Shown piece after piece: positions 39,679-49,119 of a DNA stretch of 64,000 nucleotides (positions are counted from its first letter, which is position 1; every line of letters starts with the position of its first letter). The position numbers were made by a program, and so were the translations under genes. The DNA lies in the sequence record MH791411.1. One strand, 5' to 3'. The notes below the pieces were generated by a model that saw only the letters and a program-made list of their open reading frames with translations, ran no database searches and was not told the origin of the DNA.

Positions 39679-41643
39679 ATGAGTATAAATCGAATTAGAG
39701 GTGATGGTGGTGTAATTATAGATAGTCAGGCATTTCTAGAATTACCTAAAGCACCGACTAAAGAAACCGCTGATGTGGTTAGATCAGGGATGATTAGATA
39801 CAATAAAGGATGGAAAGCATTTGAAGGTGTACTAGACTTTGAAGATGGTTCAATGGCATATCGACGTTTTGCAAACCTAGATGCAAACGGTAAACTTCTT
39901 ACTTCCCAATTACCAGATTCAGTAACTAGTGGTTTACAATTTGTTGGTACATATAATCCCATCCCAGATGATATCGATCCACCTTTAGCACAAACTCCAC
40001 TACCAGCACCATCACCATCGCTTAATGGTGATTATTATGTCGTTCGTGGTATAATGGATGCCGCACAAGCACATTATGAAGCAAATAATCCACAAACAAG
40101 TCCTGTTACATTTACACCTACAAATCCAACTGGACAAGGTAATTGGATTGAAATTTTATATTATGTTGACTCTAATCCAAATATATCTGGTGCTAAACTA
40201 GTAACATACGCTTTTGCTAGAATTATTACTGCATCTATTCCCAGTACTGGACATGATGGCCTTGAAAATTTAGCAACAGATACTGACTTGACCAAACCAT
40301 TTGCATCTGGTGTTCCAATGAACCAAACTGCACTTTCAGATGGTGATTGGATTATTATAACTGAAGATAAGAATATACGTCTTCGTCAGTCAAGAACAAG
40401 CATTTCCGCTGCTTCAGTATTATATGACAATACTGTAATGATTGCAAATCATCGCCAATTTAGAACAAACGCAGGGACCGTTCAAACATCCATAGATAAC
40501 GTTGTGATTGAGTGTTTACGTAGAACTGGCGATTCCATGTATAATGATGGAACAGACGGCTCTGGGCGTTTTGGGGTGGTGTATGGCAGTGCAGCAGCAC
40601 CAGCATTGACATTTAATAATAATCCGTTTGACCCAACGAACAACCCAGGTAATGACCCAACTAAGTGGTCCGATGCTAATACTGGTATATTCCATCCAGC
40701 AGATGATGCAATTGGTTTTACAACAGCCGGAACTGAGCGTGTTAGAATTAATAATGGAACATTAACATTATTCCAAACTACCGCTACACCAGCAGCTACG
40801 CCAGTAATACGTTTTGATAATGCATCAAACACAAACGTAGGGATAAGTGCAAGTAGTAATATTATTTCTTTAAGTTCAATGAATAAAGTTCAAGTTGAAT
40901 TTAAAAATGGTGAATCACATTTTCATGGAAATATTATTGTAGATGGATCAACATCACTAACTGGTGATTTAAACGCAGGTAACATCACTGCCAGCGGGAA
41001 TTTAGTTGTTAAAGGTAATACAACACTAGGCGACACTACTGGTGACACTATTACAGTTAATGGTGTTAGTACTTATAATGCAAATACTAATTTCAATGGA
41101 ACTAATAACAAATTCAAAAACATAAACTTACTAGAGAATGGTGTATTCACATTAGAAAGTACTACAAACCAAAGTGATATAAAACTACTTGGTGCAGACT
41201 TACGTTTCACTATGGGAAGTTATGCTGATGTAAGTATATATGATAACGGTGTTATTCGTACTCGTTTCAACCGATATGGTATTCAATTACCAGTACTGGC
41301 TACAATTGATAACTCAGTTGGTGTTGATGGTATGATTGCATACTCAAATACCGAACGTACATCGATGCAGAAGGTCCAAGGACAATGGGTTCCAATTGGT
41401 TCTGGTTCTGTACGTACTGACCCGTTTACTGCGTCAGCGTGGGTTTTAAACGGCTCATATTACACATTAACAGTAACTGCTAGTAACATAGTAACTGCTG
41501 AAATTCAAGAACTCGTAAGTACTGGTGTTTACACTCGTGTTGAAGTTGATAGTGTTACATTCAATGGAACAAGCGTAGTGTTCAGTATTCCTGCAACTCC
41601 TGATGTGAGATTTGCCGGACGTACACTGGTTACATTAAGATAA
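39679..41643 (+). CDS. Tail fibre-associated structural protein (654 aa)
   Basis: Late promoter TAAATA at 39639-39644; GMIRYN...FEG, TGIFHPADDAIGFTTAGTERVRI and GNTTLGDTTGDTITVNG motifs typical of phage fibres. Confidence 0.6.
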   Translation: MSINRIRGDGGVIIDSQAFLELPKAPTKETADVVRSGMIRYNKGWKAFEGVLDFEDGSMAYRRFANLDANGKLLTSQLPDSVTSGLQFVGTYNPIPDDIDPPLAQTPLPAPSPSLNGDYYVVRGIMDAAQAHYEANNPQTSPVTFTPTNPTGQGNWIEILYYVDSNPNISGAKLVTYAFARIITASIPSTGHDGLENLATDTDLTKPFASGVPMNQTALSDGDWIIITEDKNIRLRQSRTSISAASVLYDNTVMIANHRQFRTNAGTVQTSIDNVVIECLRRTGDSMYNDGTDGSGRFGVVYGSAAAPALTFNNNPFDPTNNPGNDPTKWSDANTGIFHPADDAIGFTTAGTERVRINNGTLTLFQTTATPAATPVIRFDNASNTNVGISASSNIISLSSMNKVQVEFKNGESHFHGNIIVDGSTSLTGDLNAGNITASGNLVVKGNTTLGDTTGDTITVNGVSTYNANTNFNGTNNKFKNINLLENGVFTLESTTNQSDIKLLGADLRFTMGSYADVSIYDNGVIRTRFNRYGIQLPVLATIDNSVGVDGMIAYSNTERTSMQKVQGQWVPIGSGSVRTDPFTASAWVLNGSYYTLTVTASNIVTAEIQELVSTGVYTRVEVDSVTFNGTSVVFSIPATPDVRFAGRTLVTLR

Positions 41644-41644
41644 T

Positions 41645-41679
41645 AAAAAAGGGAGACATAAGTCTCCCTTTTCTTTTAT
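41645..41679. terminator. Bidirectional terminator
   Basis: AAAAGGGAGAC-ATAA-GTCTCCCTTTT between convergent genes. Confidence 0.85.
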
Positions 41680-42605
41680 ACAGCCATTGGTGCTTTGATT
41701 GTTGGCATTGGATCGTAATTAACTAATTTGAAAGAATCCATAGTGAAATCTTCAATATCAGTAATAGTAGGATCTAGCCATAATTCTGGTAATGTACGTG
41801 GTTCACGTTGGAGTTGCTCTTTTACTTGTTCAATATGGTTTTGATAGATATGGCAGTCGCCACCATTCCAAATAAATTCACCAACATCTAACCCTGTAAT
41901 TTGTGCAATCATATGAGTTAGTAGTGAGTAACTACTAATATTAAATGGCACACCAAGGAATAGATCAGCACTACGTTGATGAAGAATACAACTTAGTTTA
42001 CCCTGTACAACACAAAACTGCACAAAGCTATGACAGGGTGGCAAAGTCATAGCATCAAGCTCACCAACGTTCCATGCACTTAGAATGTGACGACGACCGT
42101 ATGGATCAGTATTGATACCTTCAATAACTTGTTTTAGCTGGTCAGTTACACGACGCATAATAACACCATGTGAACCAGTATAATCAATAACTTTATACCC
42201 TTTATCTTTTAGTTCTTGAATTTCTTCAGTACTGGAACTGAATTTATAATCTTCCCATTCACGCCATTGTTTACCATAAACTGGGCCAAGCTCACCATCA
42301 GAATACCCAAGGCTTACACCTTGATTAAGGTAGTTGTCTGTCCAAATTGTTTTCTTTTCTACATCACGTGTCCCGTGTAAAATTTCACACAGACGACGCT
42401 CATCGTGAGAACCTTCAATAAACCATAACAATTCTGAAGTCATTGCTTTCCAAGCCAAACGTTTAGTAGTTACTGCTGGGAAACCTTCTTTTAGGTCAAA
42501 ACGCATTTGTTGTCCGATTAGCTTGATAGTGCCAACACCAGTACGATCAACGCTTTCGACACCTTGATCCAGAATTCTTTGATATAGTTCTTGTAGTTGT
42601 TTCAT
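41676..42605 (-). CDS. thyA: Thymidylate synthase
   Basis: DRTGVGT, ELLWF, LGPVYGKQWR, MTLPPCH, QRSADLFLGVPFNI, GDCHIYQNH and IKAPMAV motifs; no intron. Confidence 0.97.
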   Translation of the reverse strand: MKQLQELYQRILDQGVESVDRTGVGTIKLIGQQMRFDLKEGFPAVTTKRLAWKAMTSELLWFIEGSHDERRLCEILHGTRDVEKKTIWTDNYLNQGVSLGYSDGELGPVYGKQWREWEDYKFSSSTEEIQELKDKGYKVIDYTGSHGVIMRRVTDQLKQVIEGINTDPYGRRHILSAWNVGELDAMTLPPCHSFVQFCVVQGKLSCILHQRSADLFLGVPFNISSYSLLTHMIAQITGLDVGEFIWNGGDCHIYQNHIEQVKEQLQREPRTLPELWLDPTITDIEDFTMDSFKLVNYDPMPTIKAPMAV

Positions 42606-43198
42606 TTTACGTCCTTGAAAAATGTAATAAAGTGTTCCATGTGTTTTTGTGTAGCATTACGTGAACCAATCCCAGTCCAATTACCGTGTGGTGCTGGTAT
42701 TGAGAATGTTTCAGTAAACTCTTTCAGTACTGTATCATAATAAAATACAGAGCGAGTGTTCATATCATAACAATATATTTCTGGATTGTCAACTGAATCC
42801 ATATACATCTGTACGGCCCATGCAGTTCCACCTGAAACTTGCGTAGGTGATGTAATATTTGCAATACAATATACTCTTTTTGTATTAAGTATCTGGTAAC
42901 TATTCCTTGCAAGTAAGTTATATACATACGAACCAGGCTTAGGAACTTTACGGCGTAAAGAGTAACATGCAATGTTTAATTGTTTTAATATTGAACTATC
43001 ACAAAGGATATTGGGTGGAATTTCTAATATAGTATTTTCATCTACGCTGCTTTGGTGACCCTTGAATGAAAAATTTATTACTTCAAATCCATTGTCTTTT
43101 GCATAGATAGAAAAAAGGCGGTCAGCACCTGCTGCCCCGCCACTGAAACATACATTAGATAAACCATTGATTGCTTCATCTAATTCTATTTTATTCAT
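42602..43198 (-). CDS. SLOG-superfamily (YpsA-like) nucleotide-binding protein
   Basis: CFSGGAAGAD, LLARNSYQI, SGGTAWAV and WTGIGSR motifs. Confidence 0.6.
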   Translation of the reverse strand: MNKIELDEAINGLSNVCFSGGAAGADRLFSIYAKDNGFEVINFSFKGHQSSVDENTILEIPPNILCDSSILKQLNIACYSLRRKVPKPGSYVYNLLARNSYQILNTKRVYCIANITSPTQVSGGTAWAVQMYMDSVDNPEIYCYDMNTRSVFYYDTVLKEFTETFSIPAPHGNWTGIGSRNATQKHMEHFITFFKDVK

Positions 43199-43203
43199 TT
43201 ATA

Positions 43204-43857
43204 TTATTTTGCTTTACGTTCAGCAAATGCCTGTTTAACTTTCTCAATTGCTTTGGTTTGTGAAATTCCTTCTGGGATTTCAATATAGAAAGTTTTGCTA
43301 TCAGGTGCTACAGGTGTTGCTTGAACTTGTGGACGTAGAGATGGTTCTAAGTTGTAAGCACGTTCAAAGTGCTCTTTAGCCAACTGCTCATAACGTTGTG
43401 CATCTTTAAGTAGTTGCTCAACAATGGTAGCTTCTTCAACAGAAGTATCGACTTCTTGTGGCTTGAATGGGTTGTATTCTTTAACTTTACCATCTTCATG
43501 TTTTTTAGCATCATTATCATTGATTGCGTTGTTTAGAACATCAAGAGAAATCTTACTGTTTCCACCAACATGCATATCAATATCACAAGTACGTGCACGA
43601 CGCAAATGTTGTAGATTATGAAGAACATCTAGCATTTTGCGACCGTCTAGATGACCAATCTTATGCATAACTTCCCACAAATCTACATTCGATTGACCTT
43701 GATTCATTACTAAATCTGCAACAGATTGAGCATATGCTTCAGGAAGTGAGTCGCGATAAACAATGAGACAATGTTCTGGATCATCAGGGAGTGAACGCCA
43801 TACCACAAATACTCGTGAACCCGTATTACGTACTACACCAACGTGACGAATAGCCAT
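43204..43857 (-). CDS. Conserved jumbo-phage hypothetical protein (217 aa)
   Basis: Clean ORF with GGAG RBS; RHVGVVRNTGSRVFVVWRSLPDDPEHCL N-terminus. Confidence 0.6.
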   Translation of the reverse strand: MAIRHVGVVRNTGSRVFVVWRSLPDDPEHCLIVYRDSLPEAYAQSVADLVMNQGQSNVDLWEVMHKIGHLDGRKMLDVLHNLQHLRRARTCDIDMHVGGNSKISLDVLNNAINDNDAKKHEDGKVKEYNPFKPQEVDTSVEEATIVEQLLKDAQRYEQLAKEHFERAYNLEPSLRPQVQATPVAPDSKTFYIEIPEGISQTKAIEKVKQAFAERKAK

Positions 43858-43859
43858 TA

Positions 43860-44090
43860 TTATTCTCCTTTATTTTGTTCAGCAGCAGCTTGTGCAGCAT
43901 CAGCTTCTTCTTGTGCTTTGATATCTTCGAGTGCAGAGTTAGCAAACTCAACAAACTTAGATACGACTGGAGCAACATCAACAAGTTCTTCGACTTTAAA
44001 TGAATTACGAGCCACAGCAGCTTCCATGATTTTAGCAGCGTTGATTAGGTCGATTAGGGTTAGTTGAATTTTTTCTGGTTCTTGTTCCAT
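43860..44090 (-). CDS. Small helical hypothetical protein (76 aa)
   Basis: Start reset to MEQEPEK (GGAGAG RBS); promoter directly upstream. Confidence 0.65.
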   Translation of the reverse strand: MEQEPEKIQLTLIDLINAAKIMEAAVARNSFKVEELVDVAPVVSKFVEFANSALEDIKAQEEADAAQAAAEQNKGE

Positions 44091-44124
44091 TTTAATACTC
44101 TCCATGTATGTTGTTACAAATATA

Positions 44125-44152
44125 ATTATATCACCTTTTTCCAAGCTGTCCC
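44125..44152 (-). promoter_or_regulatory. Early/middle promoter GGGACA-N16-TATAAT
   Basis: Extended -10 (TGA-TATAAT) with the same 16-bp spacer as the clpA promoter. Confidence 0.65.
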
Positions 44153-44155
44153 GCT

Positions 44156-44187
44156 GAAAAAAGTAGAGAACGGAATTTTCCGTTCTC
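44156..44187 (-). terminator. Terminator after the vWA gene
   Basis: GAGAACGGAA-AA-TTCCGTTCTC followed by TACTTTTTT on the minus strand. Confidence 0.75.
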
Positions 44188-44199
44188 ATTATTTAGTAC

Positions 44200-45609
44200 T
44201 TAGCTACGTTGACGCTTTTTGTCAGCTTCATATTCGTAGTGTACAGTTTCGCCAAATGGTGCTTGTTTGTTAGGATTACTGTGGATAACAAACAGTGTCT
44301 TACAGTAATCAGGATCACCCCATGACTGCCACGGCTCACCATCTGTAAACATAATAAGCTGTTTAGGCTTATAGTTGTCATGCTTCATATGAACCCATAC
44401 TGCTTCAAAGTCAGTACCACCACCACCTTTCACTGGATATTCGAGAATCTTACTCTCTTCACCAGTTTTGTAATCTTTCACAGTATAAACTTCAGTATCG
44501 AACGTCATGATACGGATTTTAAATTGTTTAAACTGCTTAGTGATACCCAGTACTTCACTGATGAAATCACGGAGCATATCTTCAGAGATAGAACCGGATG
44601 CATCTAGTGCAATTGCAATATCAATATCATCATCTGGTTTCATACCAGGGAAGATTGGATTCCCGTAGAATGAACCAGAACTACCAAAACCAGCACCCCA
44701 TGAACGACGATTAGGATTTTGATAAGTTGCATCAGACTTCAACCAGCTACGCAGTGTGCGGTGAAGTTTGGAACGCCAGTCAATCTTAGGTTCTTTGAAG
44801 TTGTTAATCATACGTGCGATTTCAGCAGGAGTACCACCTGCACGAGCAGCATTCATCATTGCTGTTTTGAAATCATCCATATAATCACGTTTTTGTTTAT
44901 CACTTGAACCACCTTCTTGACCTTCTTGTGGAACGTCATGCTGGTCGATTGTTGTACCTTTGCCTTTACCATCTTTGATATCACCAAAAGTACCGCGTGA
45001 TTTACCTTCACCCTCACCACTACCAGCCTGTGGATTTCCTTCACCTTCTCCGTCTTGATCCTGCTTATCTTCTTCTTCGAGAATGTTATAAATCTCTTCA
45101 GCAGTCATACCATCGTACTTTTTATCGTACAGCCATTGGCTTTGGATTTTACCAATTTTATCACGAACAAGAATCTGGTTAATTGCATAGTCAGCAGCAC
45201 GGTTATAACGCTGCGGGTCACGCATACCACGACGCAAGAAGTGGTCATATGCACAGTGAAGAATCTCATGACAGATAACTGCAATCAGGTTTTCATCGGT
45301 CAAACCTTCTGTCATTTCTTTAAGTTGTTCTTCAGTTACTTCAGGATGTTTCTCACGAATTGCTTCTTCGTATGCTGACTTTTTGGATTGGTCCTGAATA
45401 CCCATGATGAATTCTACGTTGTAGAATAAATGCTTACCATCTACAGCCAAAGTACGACACCATGTGTTGTTTGCAACTGGACGCAGACGAGAAGCCAGTA
45501 CACCAAAGAATGGGAATGTTAGCATTAAAGATGTGCGAGCTAAGATCAGACGATCTTGACATTCTTTCTGGAGAGCCGGAGTAACATCACTGAAACGTTT
45601 ATCTGACAT
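44200..45609 (-). CDS. Zincin-like metallopeptidase plus vWA domain protein (DUF2201-like), MoxR partner
   Basis: HEILH (HExxH), YNRAADYAIN, acidic Gly-rich linker, MIDAS DASGS...GGGTDF...FTDG. Confidence 0.85.
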   Translation of the reverse strand: MSDKRFSDVTPALQKECQDRLILARTSLMLTFPFFGVLASRLRPVANNTWCRTLAVDGKHLFYNVEFIMGIQDQSKKSAYEEAIREKHPEVTEEQLKEMTEGLTDENLIAVICHEILHCAYDHFLRRGMRDPQRYNRAADYAINQILVRDKIGKIQSQWLYDKKYDGMTAEEIYNILEEEDKQDQDGEGEGNPQAGSGEGEGKSRGTFGDIKDGKGKGTTIDQHDVPQEGQEGGSSDKQKRDYMDDFKTAMMNAARAGGTPAEIARMINNFKEPKIDWRSKLHRTLRSWLKSDATYQNPNRRSWGAGFGSSGSFYGNPIFPGMKPDDDIDIAIALDASGSISEDMLRDFISEVLGITKQFKQFKIRIMTFDTEVYTVKDYKTGEESKILEYPVKGGGGTDFEAVWVHMKHDNYKPKQLIMFTDGEPWQSWGDPDYCKTLFVIHSNPNKQAPFGETVHYEYEADKKRQRS

Positions 45610-45632
45610 TTGTATTTCCTCGTTTAGTTAAG

Positions 45633-45669
45633 ATAAAAGAAGGATACCATGTGGTATCCTCCTTGTCAA
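45633..45669 (-). terminator. Terminator hairpin overlapped by a sigma70-like promoter between the MoxR and vWA genes
   Basis: AGGATACCA-CA-TGGTATCCT plus TCTTTT; TTGACA(45664-45669)-N17-TATCCT(45641-45646) with TG extension. Confidence 0.55.
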
Positions 45670-45684
45670 CACTCTTTTTAATTA

Positions 45685-47013
45685 TTAACCAAGAGAGCGT
45701 GCTTTACGTACTAGGTCAGAGTACTTCATAACGAAGTCTTTAAACGCTGGTACATCTTTAATCGTAATCGCTACTTTATGAAGCGTGATGGTACGAATCG
45801 CCAGTACTGCCAGTTCTGCTTGAGTTGCAGAGAAGTTATGGTCTAGGAAGGTGATGAAGTTGTTGCACAGCTTACCCCAATCTTCCACTGGTAGACGTTG
45901 TTCTTGCTTCTCATTGTAGAGGTCGATAATTTTGTAAACCAGATTCAGAGTGATGAAGTAGTTCGCGGAAATATCAAGCGAAGCATCAATCTCTTTAATC
46001 TCACCCTGTAGGATGGACATGGTATCTGGTAGTTTAGCTACGTTATCAACATACTCGATGTATTCAGTTGCTACGCCTTCACCAACACGACCTGCAATCA
46101 TCGCACGGAACACTTCTTTATCAATGTTCTTAACTTTCTTCAGATCTTCGTAGCGTGCTACTGCTTCCCATGAACGTGGAGAAGTACCACCACAGTGAGA
46201 AGGATCTTGTGGGCTAAGGGTGTTGAAGTGTTTAGCACCAGTGTTGTTGATGAACGCTACAGTTGCTGGGTTCAAACGCTTACCAATCGCATAATCGTTA
46301 ATCCAATCTTGATGATAAGGAATCATTTCGATGTGGGTCATACGGTCACGCAGTGGTGTAGCTAGAGAGAACGTTACACCGCCATCAGTTTCACGGTTAC
46401 CTGCTGCGAGAATCAGTGCAGTCTTAGGTAGCTTCATCTCACCAACACAACGGTCGAGGATTAGCTGATAAGACGCTGCCTGTACAATCGGCATTGCAGA
46501 GTTGATTTCGTCAAACAGAATAACACCTTTCCAATCTGGAGACAGTTTCAGTACTTTAGGTGCTGCCCACACAACTGCTGTTTCAGCGATGTAATCTTGT
46601 GCACTAGCCAGTTCAGATTCAATCAGTTGCTTACCATCCATATCAAGGAACACTTTCTCTGGAACTGGGATACCGCGAAGGTCACTTGGTTCAATCTGAG
46701 ACAAACGGAAATCGATAAAGTTAGTGTCTTGGTCGATTAGTTTGGCTTCAAACGCTGCCAGTTCACGGCGAAGTTGATCAGCATTTTCAGTATCAGCTTC
46801 GATTTGTTGTTTCATGAACTCAATTTTTGCCACGTTATCTTTACGCAGTGGGTAGTTCTCATCAGCGTATTGACGTGCGATAGCAGATTTACCGATACCA
46901 GGGCTACCCCAAATCATCAGGCTATCTTGAATCATGTCAGCCAGTGCCATTGCTTCTTTAGCTTTCTTAGGAGTCAGTTTTACGTTCAGGATATCGTTGT
47001 TTTGAGTAGACAT
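45685..47013 (-). CDS. MoxR/dynein-related AAA+ ATPase
   Basis: Walker A GSPGIGKS, Walker B ILFDEINSA, AAGNRETD, ATPLRDRMTH and TSPRSW motifs. Confidence 0.85.
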   Translation of the reverse strand: MSTQNNDILNVKLTPKKAKEAMALADMIQDSLMIWGSPGIGKSAIARQYADENYPLRKDNVAKIEFMKQQIEADTENADQLRRELAAFEAKLIDQDTNFIDFRLSQIEPSDLRGIPVPEKVFLDMDGKQLIESELASAQDYIAETAVVWAAPKVLKLSPDWKGVILFDEINSAMPIVQAASYQLILDRCVGEMKLPKTALILAAGNRETDGGVTFSLATPLRDRMTHIEMIPYHQDWINDYAIGKRLNPATVAFINNTGAKHFNTLSPQDPSHCGGTSPRSWEAVARYEDLKKVKNIDKEVFRAMIAGRVGEGVATEYIEYVDNVAKLPDTMSILQGEIKEIDASLDISANYFITLNLVYKIIDLYNEKQEQRLPVEDWGKLCNNFITFLDHNFSATQAELAVLAIRTITLHKVAITIKDVPAFKDFVMKYSDLVRKARSLG

Positions 47014-47053
47014 GTATATTTTCCTTTTGTTGGATAAAATCGTTTAGGTTTCT

Positions 47054-47082
47054 ATTATAGCCAATCCGTGGGCAAAAGTAAA
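47054..47082 (-). promoter_or_regulatory. Sigma70-type promoter TTTACT-N17-TATAAT
   Basis: Proximal promoter of the MoxR operon. Confidence 0.65.
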
Positions 47083-47184
47083 GGAACTGTGTTAAAAGAA
47101 TTTTTAACTTATCAGTTCCTTTGTTACTTCATGAATCATCCGTGTATTTAAAAAGGCATTTCTCTTTGCCGTCTTGATGTGGTC

Positions 47185-47212
47185 ATTATATCACATCGTT
47201 CAGGCTTGTCAA
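47185..47212 (-). promoter_or_regulatory. Promoter TTGACA-N16-TATAAT
   Basis: TGTGA-TATAATGACCAC on the minus strand. Confidence 0.75.
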
Positions 47213-47276
47213 CAACTTTTTTATTTCTTTTTCAATCTCACATCTTGTGATTTTGAAAACTTGCTTCGTGGTGGTC

Positions 47277-47304
47277 ATTATAACACATCATTCGGCGTTG
47301 TCAA
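47277..47304 (-). promoter_or_regulatory. Promoter TTGACA-N16-TATAAT
   Basis: TGTGT-TATAATGACCAC on the minus strand; near-copy of the 47185 promoter. Confidence 0.75.
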
Positions 47305-47329
47305 CATCTTTTTTTCTTTATTTTCGAAG

Positions 47330-47707
47330 CTACATGTGCATCGAAAATAACATTCTAAAATCATCACCACACAATGTTAACTCTGTAACTATCATTGCGT
47401 CCGAGAGGTATATGTACTGCCCTTCTACATAGTAGGGTGAAGTACATATCCTATCAAGCGATGTAAAGATTATAGAACTTTTGAACTCTCTTTGCAAGGG
47501 GATTTTTGTAAATTCGTAAAGAATGTTTTCTTTACAAATTGTATATCCAAACTTGCTAAGTCTTAAACCACCGCCAGTTCTGAAATTTTCAAAAATTGAC
47601 ATCAGAAGCATACGGTCTGTTAATTCAGCGTCTGATCCATGTACTTCTCTAACTTTTAAAAGTACATCGTTTTGAAATTCAGTACTGTTGTGTGGTTCAG
47701 GAATCAT
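47330..47707 (-). CDS. Hypothetical protein (125 aa)
   Basis: Clean ORF abutting the upstream gene; GLRLS..G and LDR...PYY motifs. Confidence 0.6.
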   Translation of the reverse strand: MIPEPHNSTEFQNDVLLKVREVHGSDAELTDRMLLMSIFENFRTGGGLRLSKFGYTICKENILYEFTKIPLQREFKSSIIFTSLDRICTSPYYVEGQYIYLSDAMIVTELTLCGDDFRMLFSMHM

Positions 47708-47710
47708 AAA

Positions 47711-48103
47711 TTACATCCCCACGAAACCCTGTCTTGCTGCATATGAAGGAGCATCTTTAACTTTATAGTCTTGGACACCATCTTTACCAATTTTCGGACC
47801 CATATCTTTGGTTCCGAAGCAGCAATCAGTGGATTCATCAACTTCTTCAGTACTTTCATCATTATATCGAACATCCGATAAAATGTCACACGCTTTTTGA
47901 AGCTTTTCTACGATTTCTTTTTGATCTTCACCTGATTTAACCTTATCCACAATGTGGATAAGGCATTCGGTGATATCTTTAAGTAAATCGGTGGCAACAG
48001 CATCAGAAGGAGTCTCAACTGCAAAACTTTCTTCTTCAGTAGATTCTTCACTAGAAGTGATTTCATCTAATGCTTCAACCAATTCACGATAATTATATCC
48101 CAT
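47711..48103 (-). CDS. Acidic putative head-internal protein (130 aa)
   Basis: Very acidic; LVEA motif near the N-terminus. Confidence 0.55.
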   Translation of the reverse strand: MGYNYRELVEALDEITSSEESTEEESFAVETPSDAVATDLLKDITECLIHIVDKVKSGEDQKEIVEKLQKACDILSDVRYNDESTEEVDESTDCCFGTKDMGPKIGKDGVQDYKVKDAPSYAARQGFVGM

Positions 48104-48104
48104 C

Positions 48105-49097
48105 TTATTTGTCCCCTAGAAATTGTTGATATTTCTTCTGGAGACTTTCGAAAATGTCTTCGACTTCTTCATCGCTTTCATCTTCTAGTTCTTCGTTACC
48201 TTCCACTGACTCATCACTCTCATTAACATTGAGTGGGTTGTCACCTAGAGCAGTACCTGGAAACTTAGGTTCAAATTTGTGAACACGGTTCTCGTTACCG
48301 TCATTGTCATAGTACTCTGGTTCAGGACGATTGTCAACATCTTCATCAACGACACGTCTCCAGTAGAACTTGTTACCCTTGGTAATAACAACAAAGTGGT
48401 CACCTTCTACACCATTAGTTTTAGCTTGACCGTCACGAACAGCATCAGCTTCAGTGTTGTAAGGACCAAAATCAGTACTGTCACCTTGTTCTTCATCTTC
48501 AGAGATGGTTAGGTCTGGTAGGAAAGTGTTTTCTTCAACTTTAACTTCAGTATCTGGGTTACCTTCTACTGAATATTCATCTTCTGGTTCGTCTTGAAGA
48601 CCAGCTAGAGATAGCATACGACTGAAATCGAATTCTTCTTCGATGATTTCTTCTTCTTCTTCCTCTTCTTCAACTGATTCTAGTTGAGGTTGACCGGAAA
48701 GATCTAAAGAAAACTCTTCTTCATCTGCAACACCAGGCTCTTCGAACTCTGCATCCATACTTACTTCTTCAGAATCACCACCAAAATCACCAGCTTCAGC
48801 AGATAGTGAGTCAGCAGCTACTTCCAATGGGTCTTCAACTGGTGCATCAATCGCACCATCCATTGTACCACCAACTTCTTCTTCAGCACCCGCACCAATG
48901 GAATCCATGTCGAGTGGAGCGATTGGTGGTAGAGAAGGGGTCATAGACCCCATAGAAGGAACTGGAGCAGCAACAGGAGAAGCTTGACGCTCTGCTTGAC
49001 CAGCTAATGCAAGCATACGAGATAGTGTTTCTAGATCTTCAGATTCTAGACCTGCGATATCGATTTTAACTTGTGCTTCATTAATTTTTTTAGCCAT
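48105..49097 (-). CDS. Highly acidic putative scaffold/head-internal protein (330 aa)
   Basis: Glu/Asp-rich, low complexity; MAKKINEA N-terminus. Confidence 0.6.
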   Translation of the reverse strand: MAKKINEAQVKIDIAGLESEDLETLSRMLALAGQAERQASPVAAPVPSMGSMTPSLPPIAPLDMDSIGAGAEEEVGGTMDGAIDAPVEDPLEVAADSLSAEAGDFGGDSEEVSMDAEFEEPGVADEEEFSLDLSGQPQLESVEEEEEEEEIIEEEFDFSRMLSLAGLQDEPEDEYSVEGNPDTEVKVEENTFLPDLTISEDEEQGDSTDFGPYNTEADAVRDGQAKTNGVEGDHFVVITKGNKFYWRRVVDEDVDNRPEPEYYDNDGNENRVHKFEPKFPGTALGDNPLNVNESDESVEGNEELEDESDEEVEDIFESLQKKYQQFLGDK

Positions 49098-49119
49098 TTT
49101 AAATAAATCCTTTTAGTTA

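Noticed and set aside
41676-42605. Group I intron or homing endonuclease in thyA, as in T4 td
   Set aside because: The ORF is continuous with all motifs; the only extra is a short in-frame loop.
47014-47329. tRNA, CRISPR array or boxB antiterminator in the largest intergenic gap
   Set aside because: No cloverleaf or T-loop motif is present, the repeats are explained by tandem promoters, and the GGCA-N8-TGCC stem does not match boxB well enough.
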